IMG/VR virus record: IMGVR_UViG_3300045241_000059
Span: 1-43,218 of that record
Source of the DNA: a virus
DNA: 43,218 bases
Strand: one strand, 5' to 3'
Part shown: piece by piece, positions 1 to 8,728 of the stretch
Numbering within the stretch: the first letter of the stretch is position 1
Layout: each line of letters opens with the position of its first letter
Notes under the pieces: generated by a model
What the model was told of the DNA's origin: nothing
What the model saw: the letters and a program-made list of their open reading frames with translations, nothing else
Databases searched by the model: none
Position numbers and translations under genes: made by a program

Positions 1-127
1 GGTGCCGAAACCGCCACCAAAACCTTCGCCGTAGGCGTCGGGAGCACCATACGCCGCGGCCCCAAAGCCGCCGCCGAAGCCGAAGCCTGGCTGGGCATTG
101 GCCGCCTCGTCTATTGGGCTAAGCTCG
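1..127. repeat. Terminal overlap, identical to 43092-43218 (circular closure of the contig)
   Basis: Base-by-base identity of 1-127 with the last 127 nt. The repeat lies inside an open reading frame. Confidence 0.95.
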
Positions 128-948
128 TTTGCGCCGTAGGTCGGACCGACAGCATTCGGACCAAAGGCGGAACTAGAAAAGCCGGCGAAACTCGAGGGCG
201 AGATATCCTCCTGGAAACCGGTCAGGCCGACGCCTGCCCCCCATCCTGGCGGGCCACTGGGGCCAAACTCGGTCGATGAAGGGAAATTCGAGCCGACATA
301 AGACGCTCCATACATACCGGGCTCGCCGGGCGTCACGCCCGGTTGTGCCGCTATGTCGTTGAAGCCGATATCGATCATTCCTTGCGGTGTGGGTGCGCTT
401 GCGTTTGCGGAGAAGGGATCGTCGATCTGACTTTGCGGCCCAGGCGGTGCGGCAGGTGTCGTGCCAAATTGGTTACCCATCTGATCGGAAAACGGCACGC
501 CGCCTGGGTTCACACCCCAGTTGCCGAAATTGCTGTTGACGACGTCATTGGGCGTAGCGATTTCCGGCTCCGCCAACGGCACCGGTCCTTCCACAGAAAC
601 CGTGGGATTGGCCGGCCCTTGCTCGGGCGATCCGCCGCTAATATCGGGCCCACCGCCAGGGCCGCTGTTACCAGGCCCACCACCGACACCACCACCACCG
701 CCGACAGCGCCGCCACCGACACCACCGCCGACACTGCCGCCGCCAAAACCACCACCACCAAAGCCGCCGCTGCCAACATCGCCGGCGCCGCCATCATCGC
801 CACCATAAGGCGGGTAAAACTGCGCCCCAGGATAGCGACGCGCCTGCATCGGCGCGCCAGTATAGGGGGCGGGGGCAGCGGGCGCACCGGCCTGCCGAGC
901 CATCATGGCCCGCACAATGGCGTCGCGCAGTTGCGGATTTACCGGCAT
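1..948 (-). CDS. Glycine-rich low-complexity virion-module protein, N-terminal 316 codons (continues through the junction to 42837; about 400 aa in total)
   Basis: ATG at 948 follows GAGGG. The product starts MPVNPQLRDAIVRAMMARQ and then has GGFGGGG and GGVGGG runs. The frame is open to nt 1 and continues in phase at 43091. Confidence 0.6.
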   Translation of the reverse strand, partial: MPVNPQLRDAIVRAMMARQAGAPAAPAPYTGAPMQARRYPGAQFYPPYGGDDGGAGDVGSGGFGGGGFGGGSVGGGVGGGAVGGGGGVGGGPGNSGPGGGPDISGGSPEQGPANPTVSVEGPVPLAEPEIATPNDVVNSNFGNWGVNPGGVPFSDQMGNQFGTTPAAPPGPQSQIDDPFSANASAPTPQGMIDIGFNDIAAQPGVTPGEPGMYGASYVGSNFPSSTEFGPSGPPGWGAGVGLTGFQEDISPSSFAGFSSSAFGPNAVGPTYGANELSPIDEAANAQPGFGFGGGFGAAAYGAPDAYGEGFGGGFGT

Positions 949-957
949 CGCACCCTC

Positions 958-2646
958 CTAGACATTGACGCCTGCGGGTTCGTAAGTGGCCCCGATACTG
1001 ATCAACTCGACCTGCGGGCGCACGGCTTGTGCAACCGTCACCTGCACGATCGGTGCATGGGCGTAGCCGGTCTCGCCGATGCTGACCCACAAGGTCGAGC
1101 GCACCGGCGGCGCTAGCGGCGGGGGCTGATCCCAGCGCGCGTCGTCCCACAGTCCTTGATCCCACACGTCCAGTGGCCCGGTGTCGGGACCCGCCTGCGG
1201 CGGCGACGGCAGCGTGATGTTGTAGTTCACGGCGGCTGCGAGCTGGGGCTGGAACGGCTCGCCGGCCGCGGAGTGGAAATTGGCGCGCGCCTGATGCCAA
1301 GTGAAGTTGGCGGCGGGCGCGCCAAACATCTCCCAGCCGCCGACCAGCGTGGCGAGATAGGGCTTCTTCGCATCGTTGCCGTCGTCGTAGCCGGTGCGCT
1401 CACCCTGCATGATGATGCCGTCCTGGGTGCCGTAGAACAGATCGGAATTCATGCGCAGGAAGCACAGCGCGTCGTAGCCGACGAACCGGCACCAGGCTCC
1501 GGTCGCTGTATTGGAGACCCCACACATGCGGTCGCCAGGATTGCCGCCAGGCCAGGTGACAAACAGCGCGCCGTACTCGTCCCATCGCGCGATCGTCCAC
1601 GGGAAGCTGGTCCGCGTCGCCACCTGTTGCCGCCACAACGGTTTGATCGTGCGCGTCAACATCGCCAATTCTAATTGCGAGACGTCGCGCGTCAGCGCCA
1701 CCGAGAGCGGTGCGATGCCCTCGACCGTCGCCATGAGAATATCGCCGCCAACCTGGATGTGCGCGTTCATCCCCATCGGCTTGCCGAGCGACCAGCGCCC
1801 TTCCTGTCGCCAGTTGGCGCTGTCGCCGGGGTTGGTGCCGGAAAAGATCAGGACCTCGCCCAGGTTTGTGGCAAACACGCATTTGTCGTCGTTGCCGTCG
1901 CCGGCGTCGGTCGAGTAGACTGCCCCGAACAGCAGCACACCGCCTTTGCCGGCAGACCCCGACAACGGGATCTCCAGCAAGGCGCCACCGACGCTGTTGA
2001 TGTCGAGATACCAGGCGCTCATCGAGTTCTTCTGGATGAAGAATAGGCGATTGCGGTATTTCCAGACGTAGGACAGTGCCGGCGGCGGACCAAAACCAGG
2101 AGCTGGACCGGTGATCTGCGTGGCACCATCACCTGGCGTCGGGCTGACGCCGTCAAGCACGACCCACGACGTGCCATTGAAGCGAAGCGGATGATCGCCG
2201 GCGTCGTTGACGGCAATCAACCACTCGCCACCCTGATTATTCATTTGGGCGGCGGCGTAGTTGCCACTGGTCTGTCCGGCCTTGACCAGCACCGGCGTAA
2301 TCAGCGTCACGTCGAACAGCTTGGTCTGCTGTGCCGCAAACATCTTCTGCTTACTGCCGCTGATATACGTAAACGCGCTGATGACCGGCTGGCGTAGCGC
2401 CGATGGCACTGGCGGCACGGTCGTGTCGAGCGCGTGCAGGTCGCAGTAGCGCACGGTGCCGCCGCGCAGCTTGACGCCGCGCATGGTCGGCGCCCAATTG
2501 TCCTGAATGTTGGCGCCGCCTGGCTGCATGTAGGACTCGTTCTCGCTCTGAACGATGCCACGCGTCGGCGCAGGGAATGTCGTCGTCCGCAGCGACTGCT
2601 CGAACTGTTGCGGTACTGGAATTCGGCGGTGCAGGGCATAGGGCAT
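958..2646 (-). CDS. Putative tail tubular B / nozzle-like virion protein
   Basis: 562-aa ORF. The N-terminal segment RGIVQSENES...NWAPTMRGVKLRGG resembles the start of podovirus nozzle proteins. The assignment rests mainly on T7-like gene order. Confidence 0.55.
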   Translation of the reverse strand: MPYALHRRIPVPQQFEQSLRTTTFPAPTRGIVQSENESYMQPGGANIQDNWAPTMRGVKLRGGTVRYCDLHALDTTVPPVPSALRQPVISAFTYISGSKQKMFAAQQTKLFDVTLITPVLVKAGQTSGNYAAAQMNNQGGEWLIAVNDAGDHPLRFNGTSWVVLDGVSPTPGDGATQITGPAPGFGPPPALSYVWKYRNRLFFIQKNSMSAWYLDINSVGGALLEIPLSGSAGKGGVLLFGAVYSTDAGDGNDDKCVFATNLGEVLIFSGTNPGDSANWRQEGRWSLGKPMGMNAHIQVGGDILMATVEGIAPLSVALTRDVSQLELAMLTRTIKPLWRQQVATRTSFPWTIARWDEYGALFVTWPGGNPGDRMCGVSNTATGAWCRFVGYDALCFLRMNSDLFYGTQDGIIMQGERTGYDDGNDAKKPYLATLVGGWEMFGAPAANFTWHQARANFHSAAGEPFQPQLAAAVNYNITLPSPPQAGPDTGPLDVWDQGLWDDARWDQPPPLAPPVRSTLWVSIGETGYAHAPIVQVTVAQAVRPQVELISIGATYEPAGVNV

Positions 2647-2656
2647 CAGGGATTGC

Positions 2657-3556
2657 TCAATATAGTGGCCAGCTCCAGTTAGCCGCCGTCGGCGTCGGAT
2701 AGGGGTAAGCCACCGAGACCGAACTGGGCATCCGGTGGATCAGGGTCGGCGAGGGCTTGTCCGCCCCCGACGCGCGCGTGAGCGCGTCCATGAACGTCGC
2801 CATGTCCTCCGCGTATGGGCTCCCTTTGAGCGCCTTCCATTGCCAGATCATGCCGAGCTTCAGCAGGCGCTCGTCGAGCACGAACGTGTCGTTGTCATTC
2901 TGAAAGGCGTCGCCGCGGCCGCCGCTGTAAAGGTTGACGCAATCTTTGCTCAGGTAGTTGAACTGCGCGGTGGTGGGCACGCTCACCGCGCCGGTCGCCA
3001 CCCACAAGGTGGGGCGGTCGGCACGGTCCTGCGCGAACAAGCCGGTGGCGGCGCTGGTGTGAGCGATGGCGACCCGCCAGACCGTGCGGTCGTCGGGGTC
3101 GTAGACCACGTAGCCGACGAGGTAGTTGTAGAGGTTGTGCCAGGGCACGCCGCCGCCGTCCAGGACCGGGTGAATGTGCATGTCGGCGAAGATGATCCAC
3201 TCGCCCCAGGCGTAGTTGTAGCCGCGCAGCCGTCGCTGCAGCCATTCGTCGGCGCTGGAGATGAACATCATCGGTTGAACGGCGCTGGTCGAGCGCCAGA
3301 CATTGCTGTTCAGCAGCATGCGCTTATAGTTGGCCGGCAGCGGGAACCTCTCGGACGCGCCGTCGCCGGTGAATGTCACGGTCTCCATCAGCGCCCGCCA
3401 CTCACGGCTGTCATAGGCGATCCGCTGCGCCATCTCGTTGGCCACGCCACGCAGCTCAAGTTGCGTGCGCGGGTCGGTGACACTGCCAAACAACGTCGTC
3501 GGCACATGGACGCCGACGAAGCCGCAGACGTCTTTGACGACCGACAGAATTGTCAT
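2657..3556 (-). CDS. Putative head-tail adaptor / tail tubular A-like virion protein
   Basis: 299-aa ORF whose start overlaps the upstream stop (ATGA-type). It lies between the capsid block and the nozzle-like gene. Confidence 0.5.
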   Translation of the reverse strand: MTILSVVKDVCGFVGVHVPTTLFGSVTDPRTQLELRGVANEMAQRIAYDSREWRALMETVTFTGDGASERFPLPANYKRMLLNSNVWRSTSAVQPMMFISSADEWLQRRLRGYNYAWGEWIIFADMHIHPVLDGGGVPWHNLYNYLVGYVVYDPDDRTVWRVAIAHTSAATGLFAQDRADRPTLWVATGAVSVPTTAQFNYLSKDCVNLYSGGRGDAFQNDNDTFVLDERLLKLGMIWQWKALKGSPYAEDMATFMDALTRASGADKPSPTLIHRMPSSVSVAYPYPTPTAANWSWPLY

Positions 3557-4293
3557 GCTGGCATCAGGTCCGCAGTGGGTTGCTTACTGGCGATCGTGTT
3601 GGCCAATTGCAACAGCGTCTTGCGCGATGGGTTGCCGATCGGGCGCGTGCCGGTCTCCTTGAAGATGAAGTCCTTGATTTGCAGGTTCGACATTTCATCG
3701 AACTGCGAGCCGTCGGTGTCGTCGCGCTTGGCTTTCAGCACTTCGTTATCGGCCTCGAGCGCCTGCGTGCGGGCGCGCAGCGCCTCGAGCTCGGTCTGCA
3801 TTGCGATGTTGGGCACCAGCGCCTTGGCCTCTTCGATGAAGTCGATCGCCTGGTTTTTCCAGTCGCGTCCGCCTGGCCCCAAATTCTTGAGCTCCTGGCC
3901 GTCGATGTGCGCGAGCTGCTCGACCGTGTAGACGTTCAGCGCGCGCAGCTCGGCGCGGCGACCTTCGGACAGGAACGGCACGCGTTCGAGTAGCGTTCCG
4001 CTCTTGGTTTGCGCCGCCTGCTGCTTGAACTGCAGGTACTGGCGCGGAAAACGCTCTGCGTAAGTCACCTTCAGCTGTGCGCCGGTGAACTGGTCATCTT
4101 TCCAGTGGGAAAACTCTGTGGCTGGGAAGTGCTTAATGTCGGTTCGTCCTGGCGTGCGAATTTCGCAGATCTCGACGTCGTCACAGATCAGGCGGCCAGC
4201 TGTTTTCGACTTGGCCTCGTTGGGGATGGCGATGTGCTTGAAGATTGCCACCAGGTCGTCGTCGGTCCCGGTCGGGCGTTTGTTGAGTGCCAT
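3553..4293 (-). CDS. Virion-module hypothetical protein with a coiled-coil region and a SAP/Rho_N-like C-terminal segment
   Basis: 246-aa ORF with ATG start. It has a central coiled coil (ELEALRARTQALEADNEVLKAK) and the C-terminal segment LQIKDFIFKETGTRPIGNPSRKTLLQLA. Confidence 0.55.
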   Translation of the reverse strand: MALNKRPTGTDDDLVAIFKHIAIPNEAKSKTAGRLICDDVEICEIRTPGRTDIKHFPATEFSHWKDDQFTGAQLKVTYAERFPRQYLQFKQQAAQTKSGTLLERVPFLSEGRRAELRALNVYTVEQLAHIDGQELKNLGPGGRDWKNQAIDFIEEAKALVPNIAMQTELEALRARTQALEADNEVLKAKRDDTDGSQFDEMSNLQIKDFIFKETGTRPIGNPSRKTLLQLANTIASKQPTADLMPA

Positions 4294-4326
4294 TAATGCT
4301 CTCTCTCTTGAGGAGTGATGGAGGAC

Positions 4327-4350
4327 GGGCGCGGCCTCACCGCCGCGCCC
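4327..4350 (-). terminator. 9-bp GC hairpin downstream of the HNH gene
   Basis: GGGCGCGGC (4327-4335), a 6-nt loop, then GCCGCGCCC (4342-4350). No clear U-tract follows. Confidence 0.3.
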
Positions 4351-4430
4351 GCTGCTTGGTTAGCAGCCCTTGCCGCCTTTCCTGCTCGGTTTCGGTCTTT
4401 TAGCCATAGCGCTCTCCTTACGTTGCTGGG

Positions 4431-4982
4431 TTACTGTCGTCCGTGGTTGGGGTGGAAGCCGAGCAAGGCTTCGACGCGTTTGCGTGCCTCAACAGCCTCT
4501 TCCTTGCTGTCGAATGCGCCAAGCGTGATGTATGCCGTCCAACGCTGTTGTCGCTTATTGAAGGCAACACCGTGATGGCCAGATTTGTTGGTGCGCTTTA
4601 GCGCGACGTTGCGCAGGTTGTCGGTGCGGGTGCCGTTTTTTAGGTTGCACCATTTGTTGTTGCTGCGATTGCCGTCGATATGGTCGATCTCGACAGGATC
4701 GAGACCAGTCATGATTTTGTAAGCGAGCCGATGGGCCAATTCGGTTCGATAGTTGAAGTGGATGTAGCAATAGCCATCAGGCTTGAGCGTTGACGCAGGG
4801 TTGCCTGCCCAACGGCTATTCCATTGGTTACAGGCATGCTCGGCAGAACGAGGCCGGGCCGTCGTCTTGCCTTGTGTGAACATCGTCACCGGCCTTGGCC
4901 TCCAGCGAAACTCACCTGTTTCATGGTCGTACTTCAGTATTTGGTCGAGCACCTCTTTCGAGGGCAGCGGTCGCGTCTTCAT
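4431..4982 (-). CDS. Free-standing HNH homing endonuclease (HNH_3 plus AP2-like DNA-binding tail)
   Basis: Contains ELAHRLAYKIMTGLDPVEIDHIDGNRSNNKWCNLKNGTRTDN followed by SGHHGVAFNKRQQRWTAYI. GC looks lower than in neighbouring genes. The gene is inserted between the capsid and tail genes. Confidence 0.85.
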   Translation of the reverse strand: MKTRPLPSKEVLDQILKYDHETGEFRWRPRPVTMFTQGKTTARPRSAEHACNQWNSRWAGNPASTLKPDGYCYIHFNYRTELAHRLAYKIMTGLDPVEIDHIDGNRSNNKWCNLKNGTRTDNLRNVALKRTNKSGHHGVAFNKRQQRWTAYITLGAFDSKEEAVEARKRVEALLGFHPNHGRQ

Positions 4983-4989
4983 TTGAAGT

Positions 4990-5031
4990 CTCCGGTCTGG
5001 TTAGAACCAGACCAAACCAACCAGACCGGAG
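4990..5031 (-). terminator. 13-bp stem hairpin just downstream of the major capsid gene
   Basis: CTCCGGTCTGGTT (4990-5002) pairs with AACCAGACCGGAG (5019-5031). An extra CCAGACC copy in the loop allows alternative pairing. Confidence 0.45.
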
Positions 5032-5055
5032 TCGCCCAGTCAAGCTTTGAATGGG

Positions 5056-6078
5056 CTATGTAGCAGGATTGCTATCATAAAATCTCCAATTAAATAGCGG
5101 GTTGGTCATGGTAAGTTCACCCATCCACCCTATGAATTGCGCGATTGCGTCCTTGTCTATCGGCATCTGACCATCGCCGTCGAACAGCTTGTCGAAGTTG
5201 CGGTTGGGGTGGTAGCGCAGCCGCAAGCTGTCGGTGTTGATGCCGAACGTGGTATTGGCCGGCATGTTCGATCCGATGCCGCCATCGAGCACGATCTCGG
5301 CTCGCTTGCCGCCGCCGATGTATTCCAGCGCGCTGAAGCCCAGTTTACCCAGGCTCGTCTCGTTGGTCTGGCGCTGGATCAGGACTGTGGCCGCGTCGTA
5401 GGCCGCATAGTGTTCTGGGCTCATGATCAAGAGATCGGCGTAGTCGCGGCCACGGCTTTGCCGCGTCATGATCGCGTTCAGGAACGGCCGCACGGTGGTC
5501 GCGTTGACCTGCGTGCCGATGACGGTGTTGTACGACTGCGCGTCGAACGTCTGGGTGCGCCAGATGATGGCGTTGGCGCGGTCGATGCCGCCGTAGGTGC
5601 CGCTGGTGTTGACGATCGGGATCGCGGTTGCGAGACCGGTCACCTGCTTGCCGCCGTTGGCGGTGCCGTCGGAGTAGATGGCCGCATCCATCGTGTCCTC
5701 GAGCGCGTTCTCGGCGGCGGTTATGTAGGTGTCGTAGACATCCAGTAGCTGCGACTCGCCCTCATTGTTGAGGATTTCCTGCATTGAAAGTATCACCGGG
5801 ACTACGACCATTTTCGGGTCGTAGTAGGCATCGTTGAACAGGTCGATGGCAGGATTAACCAGCTGGTCGTAGCCCGAATACCACTGCGCAGATTGCTTGC
5901 CGATCTGCAGTGTTTGTCGAATGCGCGGTCCAGAGTAGGTTTGCCACTGACCTTTTCTGCGCATCACCGCGAGCAGCGCGTTATTGTTGCTCACGAGGTC
6001 TTGGTAGGAGCTCGAGCGATCCTCGAGCGCCATTGAGAGGATCTGCTGGTAGGCGACATTGGTGTTGATATTCGGCAT
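5056..6078 (-). CDS. Major capsid protein
   Basis: 340-aa ORF immediately after the scaffold-like gene. Its size, position and composition are typical of podovirus major capsid proteins. Confidence 0.75.
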   Translation of the reverse strand: MPNINTNVAYQQILSMALEDRSSSYQDLVSNNNALLAVMRRKGQWQTYSGPRIRQTLQIGKQSAQWYSGYDQLVNPAIDLFNDAYYDPKMVVVPVILSMQEILNNEGESQLLDVYDTYITAAENALEDTMDAAIYSDGTANGGKQVTGLATAIPIVNTSGTYGGIDRANAIIWRTQTFDAQSYNTVIGTQVNATTVRPFLNAIMTRQSRGRDYADLLIMSPEHYAAYDAATVLIQRQTNETSLGKLGFSALEYIGGGKRAEIVLDGGIGSNMPANTTFGINTDSLRLRYHPNRNFDKLFDGDGQMPIDKDAIAQFIGWMGELTMTNPLFNWRFYDSNPAT

Positions 6079-6138
6079 AGCATTGCTCCCGCCGCGTCAT
6101 GGCGGCGTGCAACGCTCAGCCAGACGGGCACAAAGGGT

Positions 6139-7422
6139 TCAGATCGAGCCGTTCACGCGCTTGAGCGCGTTAACGACGGCGTCTCGTGCTGAAGCCGATG
6201 CTTTCCTTGGTCGCCCCGATCCGTTTGCGGGACCACCTGCGGGCGCGCCAGAAATAGATCGGTCAACGCTTCGGGTCTGAGCCGATGTGGTGCGGGTCTG
6301 ATCCGCGTGTGCGGCCGGTTTTAGCAACGCGGCCCGTTTGTAGGCGGTCGGCAAGTCGTAGCCGAAGCCCAACTCTCGCTTGATGTCGTCGCCTAGCTCA
6401 TCAATCCGCGGGTGGGTCTCGGCGAACCGGTCGACCGCTCCACGCGTGTTGTTGTAGCGCAGCCCGTATATCAGCTGCTGCTGCTGGTGCGCAAGCTGAT
6501 TGACGCTCTGGTACAATTGCCCCATCTGGTGCTGCTGCACCTGCTGCTGGTTGCGCGTCCGCAGCAGTTGGTGGCCTTCGGGCGATTGCGTGGCTAGGTA
6601 GTGGGCGATGTCGCGCAGCGTGAGCTTCTGACCGTTACTGGTCTGTCGGTTGAGATTATCGACAATCCGGCTCAGCCCCGCGATCGGGTCGTCGTTCAGC
6701 ATCTGCTCGATGCCGATGTAATTCTCGAGCGCTTTTGCGAGCGTCGTGTTGTGCTGCTTTGCCATCTGCTGAAACGGGCGCAGCGTGTTCATCTCCTGGC
6801 GGTCGGCCTGCGCTGCCTGCTGGGCGCCCATGAACTCCTTGTGCATGCGATGCACGTCGGCACGCACGCTCTCGGGCGTCGTCGCCCAGTCGTTGCGCGC
6901 TGCCTGTGACCATCCGCGCTGCGAGGGTGGCTGGTGGTAGGGCGCGTGGCTCGGCAATTGTTGTGCGGGCGGGGTCTGGCCTGGCGCGCCTGGCTGCCGC
7001 TGTTGCTGCCCGCGCTCGCCAGGTGGCCGCTCGCGGGGCGCAAAGCGGCCCTGGTCGCGAGGCTGCTGGTCCGCTGGCCGCTTCTTCAGATCGAGCTTCT
7101 CGTCAGCCGCAGGCGCTCCAGTTTTCTCGGTCTTTGGCTCAGCGCGTTGCGTGCGTTGTGGCGGTGGCGTGCGCTCCTTTGCCATCGGCTCAGGGGGGTT
7201 GTTGTGGCCCATCCCTGCCCGCTCATTGGCGCGCTGGAACGCCCGCGAGATCGTGTCGCGCCGGCTCTCGGTGCGGTGCGGTGAGCCCTCGATGTCACCG
7301 ACTGGCTTCTGCGGTGCCTGCGACCCGACCGGGTTCGGTCGCTGTACTGGGCTCTGATCAATGACCGCTTCGGAGGGCGCGGCAGCCGGCGCTGCGGCGG
7401 GTGCGACATTGGTGTCGGACAT
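6139..7422 (-). CDS. Scaffolding protein (Q/P/A-rich, coiled-coil)
   Basis: 427-aa low-complexity protein that is helical and Q-rich, lying between the portal-side genes and the capsid gene. Confidence 0.6.
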   Translation of the reverse strand: MSDTNVAPAAAPAAAPSEAVIDQSPVQRPNPVGSQAPQKPVGDIEGSPHRTESRRDTISRAFQRANERAGMGHNNPPEPMAKERTPPPQRTQRAEPKTEKTGAPAADEKLDLKKRPADQQPRDQGRFAPRERPPGERGQQQRQPGAPGQTPPAQQLPSHAPYHQPPSQRGWSQAARNDWATTPESVRADVHRMHKEFMGAQQAAQADRQEMNTLRPFQQMAKQHNTTLAKALENYIGIEQMLNDDPIAGLSRIVDNLNRQTSNGQKLTLRDIAHYLATQSPEGHQLLRTRNQQQVQQHQMGQLYQSVNQLAHQQQQLIYGLRYNNTRGAVDRFAETHPRIDELGDDIKRELGFGYDLPTAYKRAALLKPAAHADQTRTTSAQTRSVDRSISGAPAGGPANGSGRPRKASASARDAVVNALKRVNGSI

Positions 7423-7424
7423 TT

Positions 7425-7739
7425 TTAGCGTCTCCTAGTCGGTTTGACGTTGCTGCGGGCAAGAGCCCGCTGCAGTGCTTCGCGCCGCGCCTTTTTGACG
7501 TTCGGATCGGCGCTGGCGCGCTGCTTCGGCTTGAACTTCTGATCCCCGACCTCGGTTAGCCCCAGCGCGCGGCCGACGGCGCGGAACGCGCGCTTGGAGG
7601 TGTAGTAGACACCATCGACTTGTTCTGTCGGCTCTATGATGTCGGAGATGATGTGGGGACAAGGCAGGGTCGAGCGAGCCGGCGGCAACGACGGCCGCAA
7701 AAAACGAAAGCGTCCAGGCTCGATCTCGACCAAGGTCAT
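7425..7739 (-). CDS. Hypothetical protein with a basic C-terminus
   Basis: 104-aa ORF tightly packed between neighbouring genes. Confidence 0.5.
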   Translation of the reverse strand: MTLVEIEPGRFRFLRPSLPPARSTLPCPHIISDIIEPTEQVDGVYYTSKRAFRAVGRALGLTEVGDQKFKPKQRASADPNVKKARREALQRALARSNVKPTRRR

Positions 7740-7744
7740 TTGCG

Positions 7745-8437
7745 CTATCTCTTCTTGGCGCGCTTGTGCGCCGGCGTGTCCTTTGCTGCCTTGCGCTCGG
7801 TCTTGAGGCGGCGCCTGACGTCGTTCTTGGCGACAAACTCGAACGTCAGCACCTCAGTCAGATCGTCGCCACGGCTGACCTCGACGTCGACCTCACCAGG
7901 CATCTTGGCGGTCGGCGCCCACGCCACCAGGGTCTTGTCGGTCTCGCACCGTGTCGGCAGTTCCTCGTCGTCAAAGACGATCTTGCAAGTATCGTCGAAG
8001 CCCTCGCCAATGACCCGCAAGTGAAAATCAGCGCCAGTACCAACCGGTGCATGATCGGGCTCGAGCTCGTGCAAAACGACTGCGGCCTGTTTCTTGCCGG
8101 AACGCGCCGCGCCGGCGGCTTCGGTAAAGGCGAAGTCCACCGGATCACTGTGCAGCGTGCCGTTATGCACGTAGACCTTCACAGTGGCCGGCGAACCCCA
8201 CAACAACGGCTTGACCCCAGTCGACACCGTGTCGGCACCATCGAACTCGGTGGGCTCGTCGTGGCCGGCGAAGAAGATGATGGTGTCCCCGGTAAACCCA
8301 GTGCCGGTGATGTCGAGCGTGAAGTCGGCGTCGCCGATCGCGCAGGTGTCCGGCGCGATCGCCGTGATCGTCGGTTTGACCGCGCCGGCAACCTCTCCGA
8401 AAGCAGGCGTTTGCGGCTCGTTGATGGATTGCACCAT
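7745..8437 (-). CDS. Protein with two IPT/TIG (Ig-like) domains and a basic tail
   Basis: Contains PTITAIAPDTCAIGDADFTLDITGTGFTGDT and LEPDHAPVGTGADFHLRVIGEGFDD. A perfect AGGAGG lies upstream of the ATG. Confidence 0.7.
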   Translation of the reverse strand: MVQSINEPQTPAFGEVAGAVKPTITAIAPDTCAIGDADFTLDITGTGFTGDTIIFFAGHDEPTEFDGADTVSTGVKPLLWGSPATVKVYVHNGTLHSDPVDFAFTEAAGAARSGKKQAAVVLHELEPDHAPVGTGADFHLRVIGEGFDDTCKIVFDDEELPTRCETDKTLVAWAPTAKMPGEVDVEVSRGDDLTEVLTFEFVAKNDVRRRLKTERKAAKDTPAHKRAKKR

Positions 8438-8449
8438 GTTTGCCTCCTA

Positions 8450-8728
8450 TTAGGTTTGCTCTGACAAAACGGATTGCCACCATTCGTTAGGCACTCGGTC
8501 GATTGGAGGCCATTGGCCAAGTTTTAAGCCTCGTTGGCCCAGGGCTTCTTTCAACAAGCGCACACTGACCCTTCCGACATTAGGCGTACACAACCACTCG
8601 CACTCCGTCACGGTAAGCAATTGCTCCATCGTCTCGACATCGTGCATCGCAAGCATATTTCGCACCCGCGCGCCCATATGCGGAACGGCAAGTAGGTCAG
8701 CAAGCTCCTCGTGTACCTTCATGTCCAT
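8450..8728 (-). CDS. RNA polymerase alpha C-terminal-domain-like (helix-hairpin-helix) protein
   Basis: RVRNMLAMHDVETMEQLLTVTECEWLCTPNVGRVSVRLLKEALGQRGLKLGQWPP aligns by eye with E. coli RpoA CTD ([45 protein letters not shown]..WPP). An alternative start at 8722 forms an ATGA overlap with the upstream stop. Confidence 0.7.
   Translation of the reverse strand: MDMKVHEELADLLAVPHMGARVRNMLAMHDVETMEQLLTVTECEWLCTPNVGRVSVRLLKEALGQRGLKLGQWPPIDRVPNEWWQSVLSEQT

Noticed and set aside
521-808. Proline-rich ORFs (PPPTPPPPP at 521-808 and PPPPSPS at 42904-43125) that resemble extensin- or collagen-type proteins.
   Set aside because: They are the reverse-complement reading of the glycine-rich gene (GGN read as NCC). 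The glycine-rich frame has the ATG, the ribosome-binding site and continuity across the circular junction.
2735-3931. 398-aa plus-strand ORF. Similar long shadow ORFs include 40449-41651 (+), 26859-28049 (-), 9670-10599 (+), 343-1116 (+) and 10304-11260 (-).
   Set aside because: Each lies antisense to, or out of frame with, a much better gene. Their R/A/G/P-rich compositions are typical of open alternative frames in GC-rich DNA, and they have no motifs and no ribosome-binding sites.
6090-6107. 6-bp GC hairpin (CGCCGC-GTCATG-GCGGCG) between the scaffold and capsid genes, as a regulatory attenuator.
   Set aside because: The stem is short, there is no U-tract, and such hairpins are expected by chance in GC-rich spacers. 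Noted but not called.
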